Assembly: GCA_964016885.1 (NCBI GenBank)
Contig: OZ024752.1
Location: 22,134,001 to 22,198,000 of the forward strand
From: Eledone cirrhosa
Taxonomy: Eukaryota
Reading direction: 5' to 3'
DNA: 64,000 nucleotides
The translations under genes and the position numbers were made by a program. Under the pieces are notes generated by a model, which was not told where the DNA came from, made no database searches, and worked only from the letters and a program-made list of their open reading frames with translations. Positions 27,501-42,500 of the stretch are shown here, piece after piece; the stretch's first letter is position 1, and every line of letters starts with the position of its first letter.

Positions 27501-30500
27501 AGGGTGGTGGTGAAGTACCAAAAACAGTGGACAGAAGGTAGAGGGTGGTGGTGAAGTACCAAAAACTGGACAGAAGGTAGAGGGTGGTGGTGAACTACCA
27601 AAAACAGTGGACAGAAGGTAGAGGGTGGTGGTGAACTACCAAAAACAGTGGACAGAAGGTAGAGGGTGGTGGTGAACTACCAAAAACAGTGGACAGAAGG
27701 TAGAGGGTGGTGGTGAACTACCAAAAACTGGACAGAAGGCAGAGTGTGGTGGTGAAGTACCAAAAACAGTGGACAGAAGGTAGAGGGTGGTGGTGAACTA
27801 CCAAAAACAGTGGACAGAAGGCAGAGGGTGGTGGTGAACTACCAAAAACAGTGGACAGAAGACAGAGGGTGGTGGTGAACTACCAAAAACAGTGGACAGA
27901 AGACAGAGGGTGGTGGTGAACTACCAAAAACAGTGGACAGAAGGTACAGTGTGGTGGTGAACTACCAAAAACAGTGGACAGAAGGTAGAGTGTGGTGGTG
28001 ATCTACCAAAAACAGTGGACAGAAGGCAGAGGGTGGTGGTGAACTACCAAAAACAGTGGACAGAAGGCAATGGGTGGTGGTGAACTACCAAAAACAGTGG
28101 ACAGAAGGTACAGTGTGGTGGTGAACTAACAAAAACAGTGGACAGAAGGTAGAGTGTGGTGGTGAACTACCAAAAACACTGGACAGAAGGTAGAGGGTGG
28201 TGGTGAACTACCAAAAACAGTGGACAGAAGGCAGAGTGTGGTGGTGAAGTACCAATAACAGTGGACAGAAGACAGAGGGTGGTGGTGAACTACCAAAAAC
28301 AGTGGACAGAAGACAGAGGGTGGTGGTGAACTAACAAAAACAGTGGACAGAAGACAGAGGGTGGTGGTGAACTACCAAAAACAGTGGACAGAAGACAGAG
28401 GGTGGTGGTGAACTACCAAAAACAGTGGACAGAAGGTACAGTGTGGTGGTGAACTACCAAAAACAGTGGACAGAAGGTAGAGTGTGGTGGTGAACTACCA
28501 AAAACAGTGGACAGAAGGCAGAGGGTGGTGGTGAACTACCAAAAACAGTGGACAGAAGGCAATGGGTGGTGGTGAACTACCAAAAACAGTGGACAGAAGG
28601 TACAGTGTGGTGGTGAACTACCAAAAACAGTGGACAGAAGGTAGAGTGTAGTGGTGATCTACCAAAAACAGTGGACAGAAGGTAGAGTGTGGTGGTGAAC
28701 TACCAAAAACAGTGGACAGAAGGTAGAGTGTGGTGGTGATCTACCAAAAACAGTGGACAGAAGGTAGAGGGTGGTGGTGAACTACCAAAAACAGTGGACA
28801 GAAGGCAGAGTGTGGTGGTGAAGTACCAAAAACAGTGGACAGAAGGTAGAGGGTGGTGGTGAACTACCAAAAACAGTGGACAGAAGGTAGAGGGTGGTGG
28901 TGAACTACCAAAAACAGTGGACAGAAGGCAGAGGGTGGTGGTGAACTACCAAAAACAGTGGACAGAAGACAGAGGGTGGTGGTGAACTACCAAAAACAGT
29001 GGACAGAAGGTAGAGTGTGGTGGTGATCTACCAAAAACAGTGGACAGAAGGCAGAGGGTGGTGGTGAACTACCAAAAACAGTGGACAGAAGACAGAGAGT
29101 GGTGGTGAACTACCAAAAACAGTGGACAGAAGGTAGAGTGTGGTGGTGAACTACCAAAAACAGTGGACAGAAGGCAGAGGGTGGTGGTGAACTACCAAAA
29201 ACAGTGGACAGAAGGCAATGGGTGGTGGTGAACTACCAAAAACAGTGGACAGAAGGTACAGTGTGGTGGTGAACTACCAAAAACAGTGGACAGAAGGTAG
29301 AGTGTGGTGGTGAACTACCAAAAACAGTGGACAGAAGGTAGAGTGTGGTGGTGATCTACCAAAAACAGTGGACAGAAGGTAGAGTGTGGTGGTGAACTAC
29401 CAAAAACAGTGGACAGAAGGTAGAGTGTGGTGGTGAACTACCAAAAACAGTGAACAGAAGGTAGAGTGTGGTGGTGAACTACCAAAAACAGTGGACAGAA
29501 GGTAGAGTGTGGTGGTGAACTACCAAAAACAGTGGACAGAAGGTAGAGGGTGGTGGTGAACTACCAAAAACAGTGGACAGAAGGCAGAGGGTGGTGGTGA
29601 ACTACCAAAAACAGTGGACAGAAGGCAGAGGGTGGTGATGAACTACCAAAAACACTGGACAGAAGGTAGAGAGTGGTGGTGAACTACCAAAAACAGTGAA
29701 CAGAAGGTAGAGTGTGGTGGTGAACTACCAAAAACAGTGGACAGAAGGTAGAGGGTGGTGGTGAACTACCAAAAACAGTGAACAGAAGGTAGAGTGTGGT
29801 GGTGAAGTACCAAAAACAGTGGACAGAAGGTAGAAGGTGGTGGTGAACTACCAAAAACAGTGGACAGAAGGTAGAGGGTGGTGGTGAACTACCAAAAACA
29901 GTGGACAGAAGGTAGAGTGTGGTGGTGAACTACCAAAAACAGTGGACAGAAGGTAGAGTGTGGTGGTGAACTACCAAAAACAGTGAACAGAAGGTAGAGT
30001 GTGGTGGTGAACTACCAAAAACAGTGGACAGAAGGTAGAGGGTGGTGGTGAACTACCAAAAACAGTGGACAGAAGGCAGAGGGTGGTGGTGAACTACCAA
30101 AAACAGTGGACAGAAGGCAGAGGGTGGTGATGAACTACCAAAAACACTGGACAGAAGGTAGAGAGTGGTGGTGAACTACCAAAAACAGTGGACAGAAGGT
30201 AGAGTGTGGTGGTAAACTACCAAAAACTGGACAGAAGGTAGAGGGTGGTGGTGAACTACCAAAAACAGTGTACAGAAGGCAGAGGGTGGTGGTGAACTAC
30301 CAAAAACAGTGGACAGAAGGCAGAGGGTGGTGGTCAACTACCAAAAACAGTGGACAGAAGACAGAGGGTGGTGGTGAACTACCAAAAACAGTGGACAGAA
30401 GGCAGAGGGTGTTGGTGAACTACCAAAAACAGTGGACAGAAGGTAGAGGGTGGTGGTGAACTACCAAAAACAGTGGACAGAAGGCAGAGGGTGGTGGTGA

Positions 30501-33500
30501 ACTACCAAAAACAGTGGACAGAAGACAGAGGGTGGTGGTGAACTACCAAAAACAGTGAACAGAAGGTAGAGGGTGGTGGTGAACTACCAAAAACTGGACA
30601 GAAGGCAGAGGGTGATGGTGAACTACCAAAAACAGTGGACAGAAGACAGAGGGTGGTGGTGAACTACCAAAAACAGTGGACAGAAGGCAGAGGGTGGTGG
30701 TGAACTACCAAAAACAGTGGACAGAAGACAGAGGGTGGTGGTGAACTACCAAAAACAGTGAACAGAAGGTAGAGGGTGGTGGTGAACTAACAAAAACAGT
30801 GGACAGAAGGTAGAGTGTGGTGGTGAACTACCAAAAACACTGGACAGAAGGTAGAGGGTGGTGGTGAACTACCAAAAACAGTGGACAGAAGGCAGAGTGT
30901 GGTGGTGAAATACCAATAACAGTGGACAGAAGACAGAGGGTGGTGGTGAACTACCAAAAACAGTGGACAGAAGGTAGAGGGTGGTGGTGAACTACCAAAA
31001 CCAGTGGACAGAAGGTAGAGGGTGGTGGTGAACTACCAAAAACTGGACAGAAGGTAGAGGGTGGTGGTGAACTACCAAAAACAGTGGACAGAAGGCAGAG
31101 TGTGGTGGTGAAGTACCAAAAACAGTGGACAGAAGGTAGAGGGTGGTGGTGAACTACCAAAAACAGTGGACAGAAGACAGAGGGTGGTGGTGAAGTACCA
31201 AAAACAGTGGACAGAAGGTAGAGGGTGGTGGTGAAGTACCAAAAACTGGACAGAAGGTAGAGGGTGGTGGTGAACTACCAAAAACAGTGGACAGAAGGTA
31301 GAGGGTGGTGGTGAACTACCAAAAACAGTGGACAGAAGGTAGAGGGTGGTGGTGAACTACCAAAAACAGTGGACAGAAGGTAGAGGGTGGTGGTGAACTA
31401 CCAAAAACTGGACAGAAGGCAGAGTGTGGTGGTGAAGTACCAAAAACAGTGGACAGAAGGTAGAGGGTGGTGGTGAACTACCAAAAACAGTGGACAGAAG
31501 GCAGAGGGTGGTGGTGAACTACCAAAAACAGTGGACAGAAGACAGAGGGTGGTGGTGAACTACCAAAAACAGTGGACAGAAGACAGAGGGTGGTGGTGAA
31601 CTACCAAAAACAGTGGACAGAAGGTACAGTGTGGTGGTGAACTACCAAAAACAGTGGACAGAAGGTAGAGTGTGGTGGTGATCTACCAAAAACAGTGGAC
31701 AGAAGGCAGAGGGTGGTGGTGAACTACCAAAAACAGTGGACAGAAGGCAATGGGTGGTGGTGAACTACCAAAAACAGTGGACAGAAGGTACAGTGTGGTG
31801 GTGAACTAACAAAAACAGTGGACAGAAGGTAGAGTGTGGTGGTGAACTACCAAAAACACTGGACAGAAGGTAGAGGGTGGTGGTGAACTACCAAAAACAG
31901 TGGACAGAAGGCAGAGTGTGGTGGTGAAGTACCAATAACAGTGGACAGAAGACAGAGGGTGGTGGTGAACTACCAAAAACAGTGGACAGAAGACAGAGGG
32001 TGGTGGTGAACTAACAAAAACAGTGGACAGAAGACAGAGGGTGGTGGTGAACTACCAAAAACAGTGGACAGAAGACAGAGGGTGGTGGTGAACTACCAAA
32101 AACAGTGGACAGAAGGTACAGTGTGGTGGTGAACTACCAAAAACAGTGGACAGAAGGTAGAGTGTGGTGGTGAACTACCAAAAACAGTGGACAGAAGGCA
32201 GAGGGTGGTGGTGAACTACCAAAAACAGTGGACAGAAGGCAATGGGTGGTGGTGAACTACCAAAAACAGTGGACAGAAGGTACAGTGTGGTGGTGAACTA
32301 CCAAAAACAGTGGACAGAAGGTAGAGTGTAGTGGTGATCTACCAAAAACAGTGGACAGAAGGTAGAGTGTGGTGGTGAACTACCAAAAACAGTGGACAGA
32401 AGGTAGAGTGTGGTGGTGATCTACCAAAAACAGTGGACAGAAGGTAGAGTGTGGTGGTGAACTACCAAAAACAGTGGACAGAAGGTAGAGTGTGGTGGTG
32501 AACTACCAAAAACAGTGAACAGAAGGTAGAGTGTGGTGGTGAACTACCAAAAACAGTGGACAGAAGGTAGAGTGTGGTGGTGAACTACCAAAAACAGTGG
32601 ACAGAAGGTAGAGGGTGGTGGTGAACTACCAAAAACAGTGGACAGAAGGCAGAGGGTGGTGGTGAACTACCAAAAACAGTGGACAGAAGGCAGAGGGTGG
32701 TGATGAACTACCAAAAACACTGGACAGAAGGTAGAGAGTGGTGGTGAACTACCAAAAACAGTGAACAGAAGGTAGAGTGTGGTGGTGAACTACCAAAAAC
32801 AGTGGACAGAAGGTAGAGGGTGGTGGTGAACTACCAAAAACAGTGGACAGAAGGTAGAGTGTGGTGGTGATCTACCAAAAACAGTGGACAGAAGGCAGAG
32901 GGTGGTGGTGAACTACCAAAAACAGTGGACAGAAGGTACAGTGTGGTGGTGAACTACCAAAAACAGTGGACAGAAGGTAGAGTGTGGTGGTGATCTACCA
33001 AAAACAGTGGACAGAAGGCAGAGGGTGGTGGTGAACTACCAAAAACAGTGGACAGAAGGCAATGGGTGGTGGTGAACTACCAAAAACAGTGGACAGAAGG
33101 TACAGTGTGGTGGTGAACTAACAAAAACAGTGGACAGAAGGTAGAGTGTGGTGGTGAACTACCAAAAACACTGGACAGAAGGTAGAGGGTGGTGGTGAAC
33201 TACCAAAAACAGTGGACAGAAGGCAGAGTGTGGTGGTGAAGTACCAATAACAGTGGACAGAAGACAGAGGGTGGTGGTGAACTACCAAAAACAGTGGACA
33301 GAAGACAGAGGGTGGTGGTGAACTAACAAAAACAGTGGACAGAAGGTAGAGGGTGGTGGTGAAGTACCAATAACAGTGGACAGAAGACAGAGGGTGGTGG
33401 TGAACTAACAAAAACAGTGGACAGAAGGTAGAGGGTGGTGGTGAAGTACCAATAACAGTGGACAGAAGACAGAGGGTGGTGGTGAACTAACAAAAACAGT

Positions 33501-36500
33501 GGACAGAAGGTAGAGGGTGGTGGTGAACTACCAAAAACTGGACAGAAGGCAGAGTGTGGTGGTGAACTACCAAAACCAGTGGACAGAAGGTAGAGGGTGG
33601 TGGTTAACTACCAAAAACTGGACAGAAGGTAGAGGGTGGTGGTGAACTACCAAAAACAGTGTACAGAAGGCAGAGTGTGGTGGTGAAGTACCAAAAACAG
33701 TGGACAGAAGGTAGAGGGTGGTGGTGAACTACCAAAAACAGTGGACAGAAGGCAGAGGGTGGTGGTGAACTACCAAAAACAGTGGACAGAAGGTAGAGTG
33801 TGGTGGTGAACTACCAAAAACACTGAACAGAAGGTAGAGGGTGGTGGTGAACTACCAAAAACAGTGGACAGAAGGCAGAGGGTGATGGTGAACTACCAAA
33901 AACAGTGGACAGAAGGTAGAGGGTGGTGGTGAACTACCAAAAACAGTGGACAGAAGGTAGAGTGTGGTGGTGAACTAACAAAAACAGTCGACAGAAGGTA
34001 GAGTGTGGTGGTGAACTACCAAAAACACTGGACAGAAGGTAGATGGTGGTGGTGAACTACCAAAAACAGTGGACAGAAGGCAGAGGGTGATGGTGAACTA
34101 CCAAAAACAGTGGACAGAAGGCAGAGGGTGATGGTGAACTACCAAAAACAGTGGACAGAAGGTAGAGGGTGGTGGTGAACTACCAAAAACAGTGGACAGA
34201 AGGCAGAGGGTGATGGTGAACTACCAAAAACAGTGGACAGAAGGCAGAGGGTGATGGTGAACTACCAAAAACAGTGGACAGAAGGTAGAGGGTGGTGGTG
34301 AACTACCAAAAACAGTGGACAGAAGGCAGAGGGTGATGGTGAACTACCAAAAACAGTGGACAGAAGGCAGAGGGTGATGGTGAACTACCAAAAACAGTGG
34401 ACAGAAGGCAGAGGGTGATGGTGAACTACCAAAAACAGTGGACAGAAGGCAGAGGGTGATGGTGAACTACCAAAAACAGTGGACAGAAGGTAGAGGGTGG
34501 TGGTGAACTACCAAAAACAGTGGACAGAAGGCAGAGGGTGATGGTGAACTACCAAAAACAGTGGACAGAAGGCAGAGGGTGATGGTGAACTACCAAAAAC
34601 AGTGGACAGAAGGCAGAGTGTGGTGGTGAAATACCAATAACAGTGGACAGAAGACAGAGGGTGGTGGTGAACTACCAAAACCAGTGGACAGAAGGTAGAG
34701 GGTGGTGGTGAACTACCAAAAACTGGACAGAAGGTAGAGGGTGGTGGTGAACTACCAAAAACAGTGGACAGAAGGCAGAGTGTGGTGGTGAAGTACCAAA
34801 AACAGTGGACAGAAGGTAGAGGGTGGTGGTGAACTACCAAAAACAGTGGACAGAAGACAGAGGGTGGTGGTGAAGTACCAAAAACAGTGGACAGAAGGTA
34901 GAGGGTGGTGGTGAACTACCAAAAACAGTGGACAGAAGGTAGAGGGTGGTGGTGAACTACCAAAAACTGGACAGAAGGCAGAGTGTGGTGGTGAAGTACC
35001 AAAAACAGTGGACAGAAGGTAGAGGGTGGTGGTGAACTACCAAAAAAAGTGGACAGAAGACAGAGGGTGGTGGTGAACTACCAAAAACAGTGGACAGAAG
35101 GCAGAGGGTGGTGGTGAACTACCAAAAACAGTGGACAGAAGGTAGAGGGTGGTGGTGAACTACCAAAAACAGTGGACAGAAGGTAGAGGGTGGTGGTGAA
35201 CTACCAAAAACTGGACAGAAGGTAGAGGGTGGTGGTGAACTACCAAAAACAGTGGACAGAAGGCAGAGTGTGGTGGTGAACTACCAAAAACAGTGGACAG
35301 AAGGTAGAGGGTGGTGGTGAACTACCAAAAAAAGTGGACAGAAGACAGAGGGTGGTGGTGAACTACCAAAAACAGTGGACAGAAGGCAGAGGGTGGTGGT
35401 GAACTACCAAAAACAGTGGACAGAAGGCAGAGGGTGGTGGTGAACTACCAAAAACAGTGGACAGAAGGCAATGGGTGGTGGTGAACTACCAAAAACAGTG
35501 GACAGAAGGTAGAGGGTGGTGGTGAACTACCAAAAACAGTGGACAGAAGGTAGAGGGTGGTGGTGAACTACCAAAAACAGTGGACAGAAGGTAGAGGGTG
35601 GTGGTGAACTACCAAAAACAGTGGACAGAAGGCAGAGTGTGGTGGTGAAGTACCAAAAACAGTGGACAGAAGGTAGAGGGTGGTGGTGAACTACCAAAAA
35701 CAGTGGACAGAAGGTAGAGGGTGGTGGTGAACTACCAAAAACAGTGGACAGAAGGCAGAGGGTGGTGGTGAACTACCAAAAACAGTGGACAGAAGACAGA
35801 GGGTGGTGGTGAACTACCAAAAACAGTGGACAGAAGGTAGAGTGTGGTGGTGATATACCAAAAACAGTGGACAGAAGGCAGAGGGTGGTGGTGAACTACC
35901 AAAAACAGTGGACAGAAGACAGAGAGTGGTGGTGAACTACCAAAAACAGTGGACAGAAGGTAGAGTGTGGTGGTGAACTACCAAAAACAGTGGACAGAAG
36001 GTAGAGGGTGGTGGTGAACTACCAAAAACAGTGGACAGAAGGCAGAGGGTGATGGTGAACTACCAAAAACAGTGGACAGAAGGCAGAGGGTGATGGTGAA
36101 CTACCAAAAACAGTGGACAGAAGGTAGAGGGTGGTGGTGAACTACCAAAAACAGTGGACAGAAGGCAGAGGGTGATGGTGAACTACCAAAAACAGTGGAC
36201 AGAAGGCAGAGGGTGATGGTGAACTACCAAAAACAGTGGACAGAAGGCAGAGGGTGATGGTGAACTACCAAAAACAGTGGACAGAAGGCAGAGGGTGATG
36301 GTGAACTACCAAAAACAGTGGACAGAAGGTAGAGGGTGGTGGTGAACTACCAAAAACAGTGGACAGAAGGCAGAGGGTGATGGTGAACTACCAAAAACAG
36401 TGGACAGAAGGCAGAGGGTGATGGTGAACTACCAAAAACAGTGGACAGAAGGTAGAGGGTGGTGGTGAACTACTAAAAACAGTGGACAGAAGGCAGAGTG

Positions 36501-39500
36501 TGGTGGTGAAATACCAATAACAGTGGACAGAAGACAGAGGGTGGTGGTGAACTACCAAAACCAGTGGACAGAAGGTAGAGGGTGGTGGTGAACTACCAAA
36601 AACTGGACAGAAGGTAGAGGGTGGTGGTGAACTACCAAAAACAGTGGACAGAAGGCAGAGTGTGGTGGTGAAGTACCAAAAACAGTGGACAGAAGGTAGA
36701 GGGTGGTGGTGAACTACCAAAAACAGTGGACAGAAGACAGAGGGTGGTGGTGAAGTACCAAAAACAGTGGACAGAAGGTAGAGGGTGGTGGTGAACTACC
36801 AAAAACAGTGGACAGAAGGTAGAGGGTGGTGGTGAACTACCAAAAACTGGACAGAAGGCAGAGTGTGGTGGTGAAGTACCAAAAACAGTGGACAGAAGGT
36901 AGAGGGTGGTGGTGAACTACCAAAAAAAGTGGACAGAAGACAGAGGGTGGTGGTGAACTACCAAAAACAGTGGACAGAAGGCAGAGGGTGGTGGTGAACT
37001 ACCAAAAACAGTGGACAGAAGGTAGAGGGTGGTGGTGAACTACCAAAAACAGTGGACAGAAGGTAGAGGGTGGTGGTGAACTACCAAAAACTGGACAGAA
37101 GGTAGAGGGTGGTGGTGAACTACCAAAAACAGTGGACAGAAGGCAGAGTGTGGTGGTGAACTACCAAAAACAGTGGACAGAAGGTAGAGGGTGGTGGTGA
37201 ACTACCAAAAAAAGTGGACAGAAGACAGAGGGTGGTGGTGAACTACCAAAAACAGTGGACAGAAGGCAGAGGGTGGTGGTGAACTACCAAAAACAGTGGA
37301 CAGAAGGCAGAGGGTGGTGGTGAACTACCAAAAACAGTGGACAGAAGGCAATGGGTGGTGGTGAACTACCAAAAACAGTGGACAGAAGGTAGAGGGTGGT
37401 GGTGAACTACCAAAAACAGTGGACAGAAGGTAGAGGGTGGTGGTGAACTACCAAAAACAGTGGACAGAAGGTAGAGGGTGGTGGTGAACTACCAAAAACA
37501 GTGGACAGAAGGCAGAGTGTGGTGGTGAAGTACCAAAAACAGTGGACAGAAGGTAGAGGGTGGTGGTGAACTACCAAAAACAGTGGACAGAAGGTAGAGG
37601 GTGGTGGTGAACTACCAAAAACAGTGGACAGAAGGCAGAGGGTGGTGGTGAACTACCAAAAACAGTGGACAGAAGACAGAGGGTGGTGGTGAACTACCAA
37701 AAACAGTGGACAGAAGGTAGAGTGTGGTGGTGATCTACCAAAAACAGTGGACAGAAGGCAGAGGGTGGTGGTGAACTACCAAAAACAGTGGACAGAAGAC
37801 AGAGAGTGGTGGTGAACTACCAAAAACAGTGGACAGAAGGTAGAGTGTGGTGGTGAACTACCAAAAACAGTGGACAGAAGGCAGAGGGTGGTGGTGAACT
37901 ACCAAAAACAGTGGACAGAAGGCAATGGGTGGTGGTGAACTACCAAAAACAGTGGACAGAAGGTACAGTGTGGTGGTGAACTACCAAAAACAGTGGACAG
38001 AAGGTAGAGTGTGGTGGTGAACTACCAAAAACAGTGGACAGAAGGTAGAGTGTGGTGGTGATCTACCAAAAACAGTGGACAGAAGGTAGAGTGTGGTGGT
38101 GAACTACCAAAAACAGTGGACAGAAGGTAGAGTGTGGTGGTGAACTACCAAAAACAGTGAACAGAAGGTAGAGTGTGGTGGTGAACTACCAAAAACAGTG
38201 GACAGAAGGTAGAGTGTGGTGGTGAACTACCAAAAACAGTGGACAGAAGGTAGAGGGTGGTGGTGAACTACCAAAAACAGTGGACAGAAGGCAGAGGGTG
38301 GTGGTGAACTACCAAAAACAGTGGACAGAAGGCAGAGGGTGGTGATGAACTACCAAAAACACTGGACAGAAGGTAGAGAGTGGTGGTGAACTACCAAAAA
38401 CAGTGAACAGAAGGTAGAGTGTGGTGGTGAACTACCAAAAACAGTGGACAGAAGGTAGAGGGTGGTGGTGAACTACCAAAAACAGTGAACAGAAGGTAGA
38501 GTGTGGTGGTGAAGTACCAAAAACAGTGGACAGAAGGTAGAAGGTGGTGGTGAACTACCAAAAACAGTGGACAGAAGGTAGAGGGTGGTGGTGAACTACC
38601 AAAAACAGTGGACAGAAGGTAGAGTGTGGTGGTGAACTACCAAAAACAGTGGACAGAAGGTAGAGTGTGGTGGTGAACTACCAAAAACAGTGAACAGAAG
38701 GTAGAGTGTGGTGGTGAACTACCAAAAACAGTGGACAGAAGGTAGAGGGTGGTGGTGAACTACCAAAAACAGTGGACAGAAGGCAGAGGGTGGTGGTGAA
38801 CTACCAAAAACAGTGGACAGAAGGCAGAGGGTGGTGATGAACTACCAAAAACACTGGACAGAAGGTAGAGAGTGGTGGTGAACTACCAAAAACAGTGGAC
38901 AGAAGGTAGAGTGTGGTGGTAAACTACCAAAAACTGGACAGAAGGTAGAGGGTGGTGGTGAACTACCAAAAACAGTGTACAGAAGGCAGAGGGTGGTGGT
39001 GAACTACCAAAAACAGTGGACAGAAGGCAGAGGGTGGTGGTCAACTACCAAAAACAGTGGACAGAAGACAGAGGGTGGTGGTGAACTACCAAAAACAGTG
39101 GACAGAAGGCAGAGGGTGTTGGTGAACTACCAAAAACAGTGGACAGAAGGTAGAGGGTGGTGGTGAACTACCAAAAACAGTGGACAGAAGGCAGAGGGTG
39201 GTGGTGAACTACCAAAAACAGTGGACAGAAGACAGAGGGTGGTGGTGAACTACCAAAAACAGTGAACAGAAGGTAGAGGGTGGTGGTGAACTACCAAAAA
39301 CTGGACAGAAGGCAGAGGGTGATGGTGAACTACCAAAAACAGTGGACAGAAGACAGAGGGTGGTGGTGAACTACCAAAAACAGTGGACAGAAGGCAGAGG
39401 GTGGTGGTGAACTACCAAAAACAGTGGACAGAAGACAGAGGGTGGTGGTGAACTACCAAAAACAGTGAACAGAAGGTAGAGGGTGGTGGTGAACTAACAA

Positions 39501-42500
39501 AAACAGTGGACAGAAGGTAGAGTGTGGTGGTGAACTACCAAAAACACTGGACAGAAGGTAGAGGGTGGTGGTGAACTACCAAAAACAGTGGACAGAAGGC
39601 AGAGTGTGGTGGTGAAATAGCAATAACAGTGGACAGAAGACAGAGGGTGGTGGTGAACTACCAAAAACAGTGGACAGAAGGTAGAGGGTGGTGGTGAACT
39701 ACCAAAACCAGTGGACAGAAGGTAGAGGGTGGTGGTGAACTACCAAAAACTGGACAGAAGGTAGAGGGTGGTGGTGAACTACCAAAAACAGTGGACAGAA
39801 GGCAGAGTGTGGTGGTGAAGTACCAAAAACAGTGGACAGAAGGTAGAGGGTGGTGGTGAACTACCAAAAACAGTGGACAGAAGACAGAGGGTGGTGGTGA
39901 AGTACCAAAAACAGTGGACAGAAGGTAGAGGGTGGTGGTGAAGTACCAAAAACTGGACAGAAGGTAGAGGGTGGTGGTGAACTACCAAAAACAGTGGACA
40001 GAAGGTAGAGGGTGGTGGTGAACTACCAAAAACAGTGGACAGAAGGTAGAGGGTGGTGGTGAACTACCAAAAACAGTGGACAGAAGGTAGAGGGTGGTGG
40101 TGAACTACCAAAAACTGGACAGAAGGCAGAGTGTGGTGGTGAAGTACCAAAAACAGTGGACAGAAGGTAGAGGGTGGTGGTGAACTACCAAAAACAGTGG
40201 ACAGAAGGCAGAGGGTGGTGGTGAACTACCAAAAACAGTGGACAGAAGACAGAGGGTGGTGGTGAACTACCAAAAACAGTGGACAGAAGACAGAGGGTGG
40301 TGGTGAACTACCAAAAACAGTGGACAGAAGGTACAGTGTGGTGGTGAACTACCAAAAACAGTGGACAGAAGGTAGAGTGTGGTGGTGATCTACCAAAAAC
40401 AGTGGACAGAAGGCAGAGGGTGGTGGTGAACTACCAAAAACAGTGGACAGAAGGCAATGGGTGGTGGTGAACTACCAAAAACAGTGGACAGAAGGTACAG
40501 TGTGGTGGTGAACTAACAAAAACAGTGGACAGAAGGTAGAGTGTGGTGGTGAACTACCAAAAACACTGGACAGAAGGTAGAGGGTGGTGGTGAACTACCA
40601 AAAACAGTGGACAGAAGGCAGAGTGTGGTGGTGAAGTACCAATAACAGTGGACAGAAGACAGAGGGTGGTGGTGAACTACCAAAAACAGTGGACAGAAGA
40701 CAGAGGGTGGTGGTGAACTAACAAAAACAGTGGACAGAAGACAGAGGGTGGTGGTGAACTACCAAAAACAGTGGACAGAAGACAGAGGGTGGTGGTGAAC
40801 TACCAAAAACAGTGGACAGAAGGTACAGTGTGGTGGTGAACTACCAAAAACAGTGGACAGAAGGTAGAGTGTGGTGGTGAACTACCAAAAACAGTGGACA
40901 GAAGGCAGAGGGTGGTGGTGAACTACCAAAAACAGTGGACAGAAGGCAATGGGTGGTGGTGAACTACCAAAAACAGTGGACAGAAGGTACAGTGTGGTGG
41001 TGAACTACCAAAAACAGTGGACAGAAGGTAGAGTGTAGTGGTGATCTACCAAAAACAGTGGACAGAAGGTAGAGTGTGGTGGTGAACTACCAAAAACAGT
41101 GGACAGAAGGTAGAGTGTGGTGGTGATCTACCAAAAACAGTGGACAGAAGGTAGAGGGTGGTGGTGAACTACCAAAAACAGTGGACAGAAGGCAGAGTGT
41201 GGTGGTGAAGTACCAAAAACAGTGGACAGAAGGTAGAGGGTGGTGGTGAACTACCAAAAACAGTGGACAGAAGGTAGAGGGTGGTGGTGAACTACCAAAA
41301 ACAGTGGACAGAAGGCAGAGGGTGGTGGTGAACTACCAAAAACAGTGGACAGAAGACAGAGGGTGGTGGTGAACTACCAAAAACAGTGGACAGAAGGTAG
41401 AGTGTGGTGGTGATCTACCAAAAACAGTGGACAGAAGGCAGAGGGTGGTGGTGAACTACCAAAAACAGTGGACAGAAGACAGAGAGTGGTGGTGAACTAC
41501 CAAAAACAGTGGACAGAAGGTAGAGTGTGGTGGTGAACTACCAAAAACAGTGGACAGAAGGCAGAGGGTGGTGGTGAACTACCAAAAACAGTGGACAGAA
41601 GGCAATGGGTGGTGGTGAACTACCAAAAACAGTGGACAGAAGGTACAGTGTGGTGGTGAACTACCAAAAACAGTGGACAGAAGGTAGAGTGTGGTGGTGA
41701 ACTACCAAAAACAGTGGACAGAAGGTAGAGTGTGGTGGTGATCTACCAAAAACAGTGGACAGAAGGTAGAGTGTGGTGGTGAACTACCAAAAACAGTGGA
41801 CAGAAGGTAGAGTGTGGTGGTGAACTACCAAAAACAGTGAACAGAAGGTAGAGTGTGGTGGTGAACTACCAAAAACAGTGGACAGAAGGTAGAGTGTGGT
41901 GGTGAACTACCAAAAACAGTGGACAGAAGGTAGAGGGTGGTGGTGAACTACCAAAAACAGTGGACAGAAGGCAGAGGGTGGTGGTGAACTACCAAAAACA
42001 GTGGACAGAAGGCAGAGGGTGGTGATGAACTACCAAAAACACTGGACAGAAGGTAGAGAGTGGTGGTGAACTACCAAAAACAGTGAACAGAAGGTAGAGT
42101 GTGGTGGTGAACTACCAAAAACAGTGGACAGAAGGTAGAGGGTGGTGGTGAACTACCAAAAACAGTGAACAGAAGGTAGAGTGTGGTGGTGAAGTACCAA
42201 AAACAGTGGACAGAAGGTAGAAGGTGGTGGTGAACTACCAAAAACAGTGGACAGAAGGTAGAGGGTGGTGGTGAACTACCAAAAACAGTGGACAGAAGGT
42301 AGAGTGTGGTGGTGAACTACCAAAAACAGTGGACAGAAGGTAGAGTGTGGTGGTGAACTACCAAAAACAGTGAACAGAAGGTAGAGTGTGGTGGTGAACT
42401 ACCAAAAACAGTGGACAGAAGGTAGAGGGTGGTGGTGAACTACCAAAAACAGTGGACAGAAGGCAGAGGGTGGTGGTGAACTACCAAAAACAGTGGACAG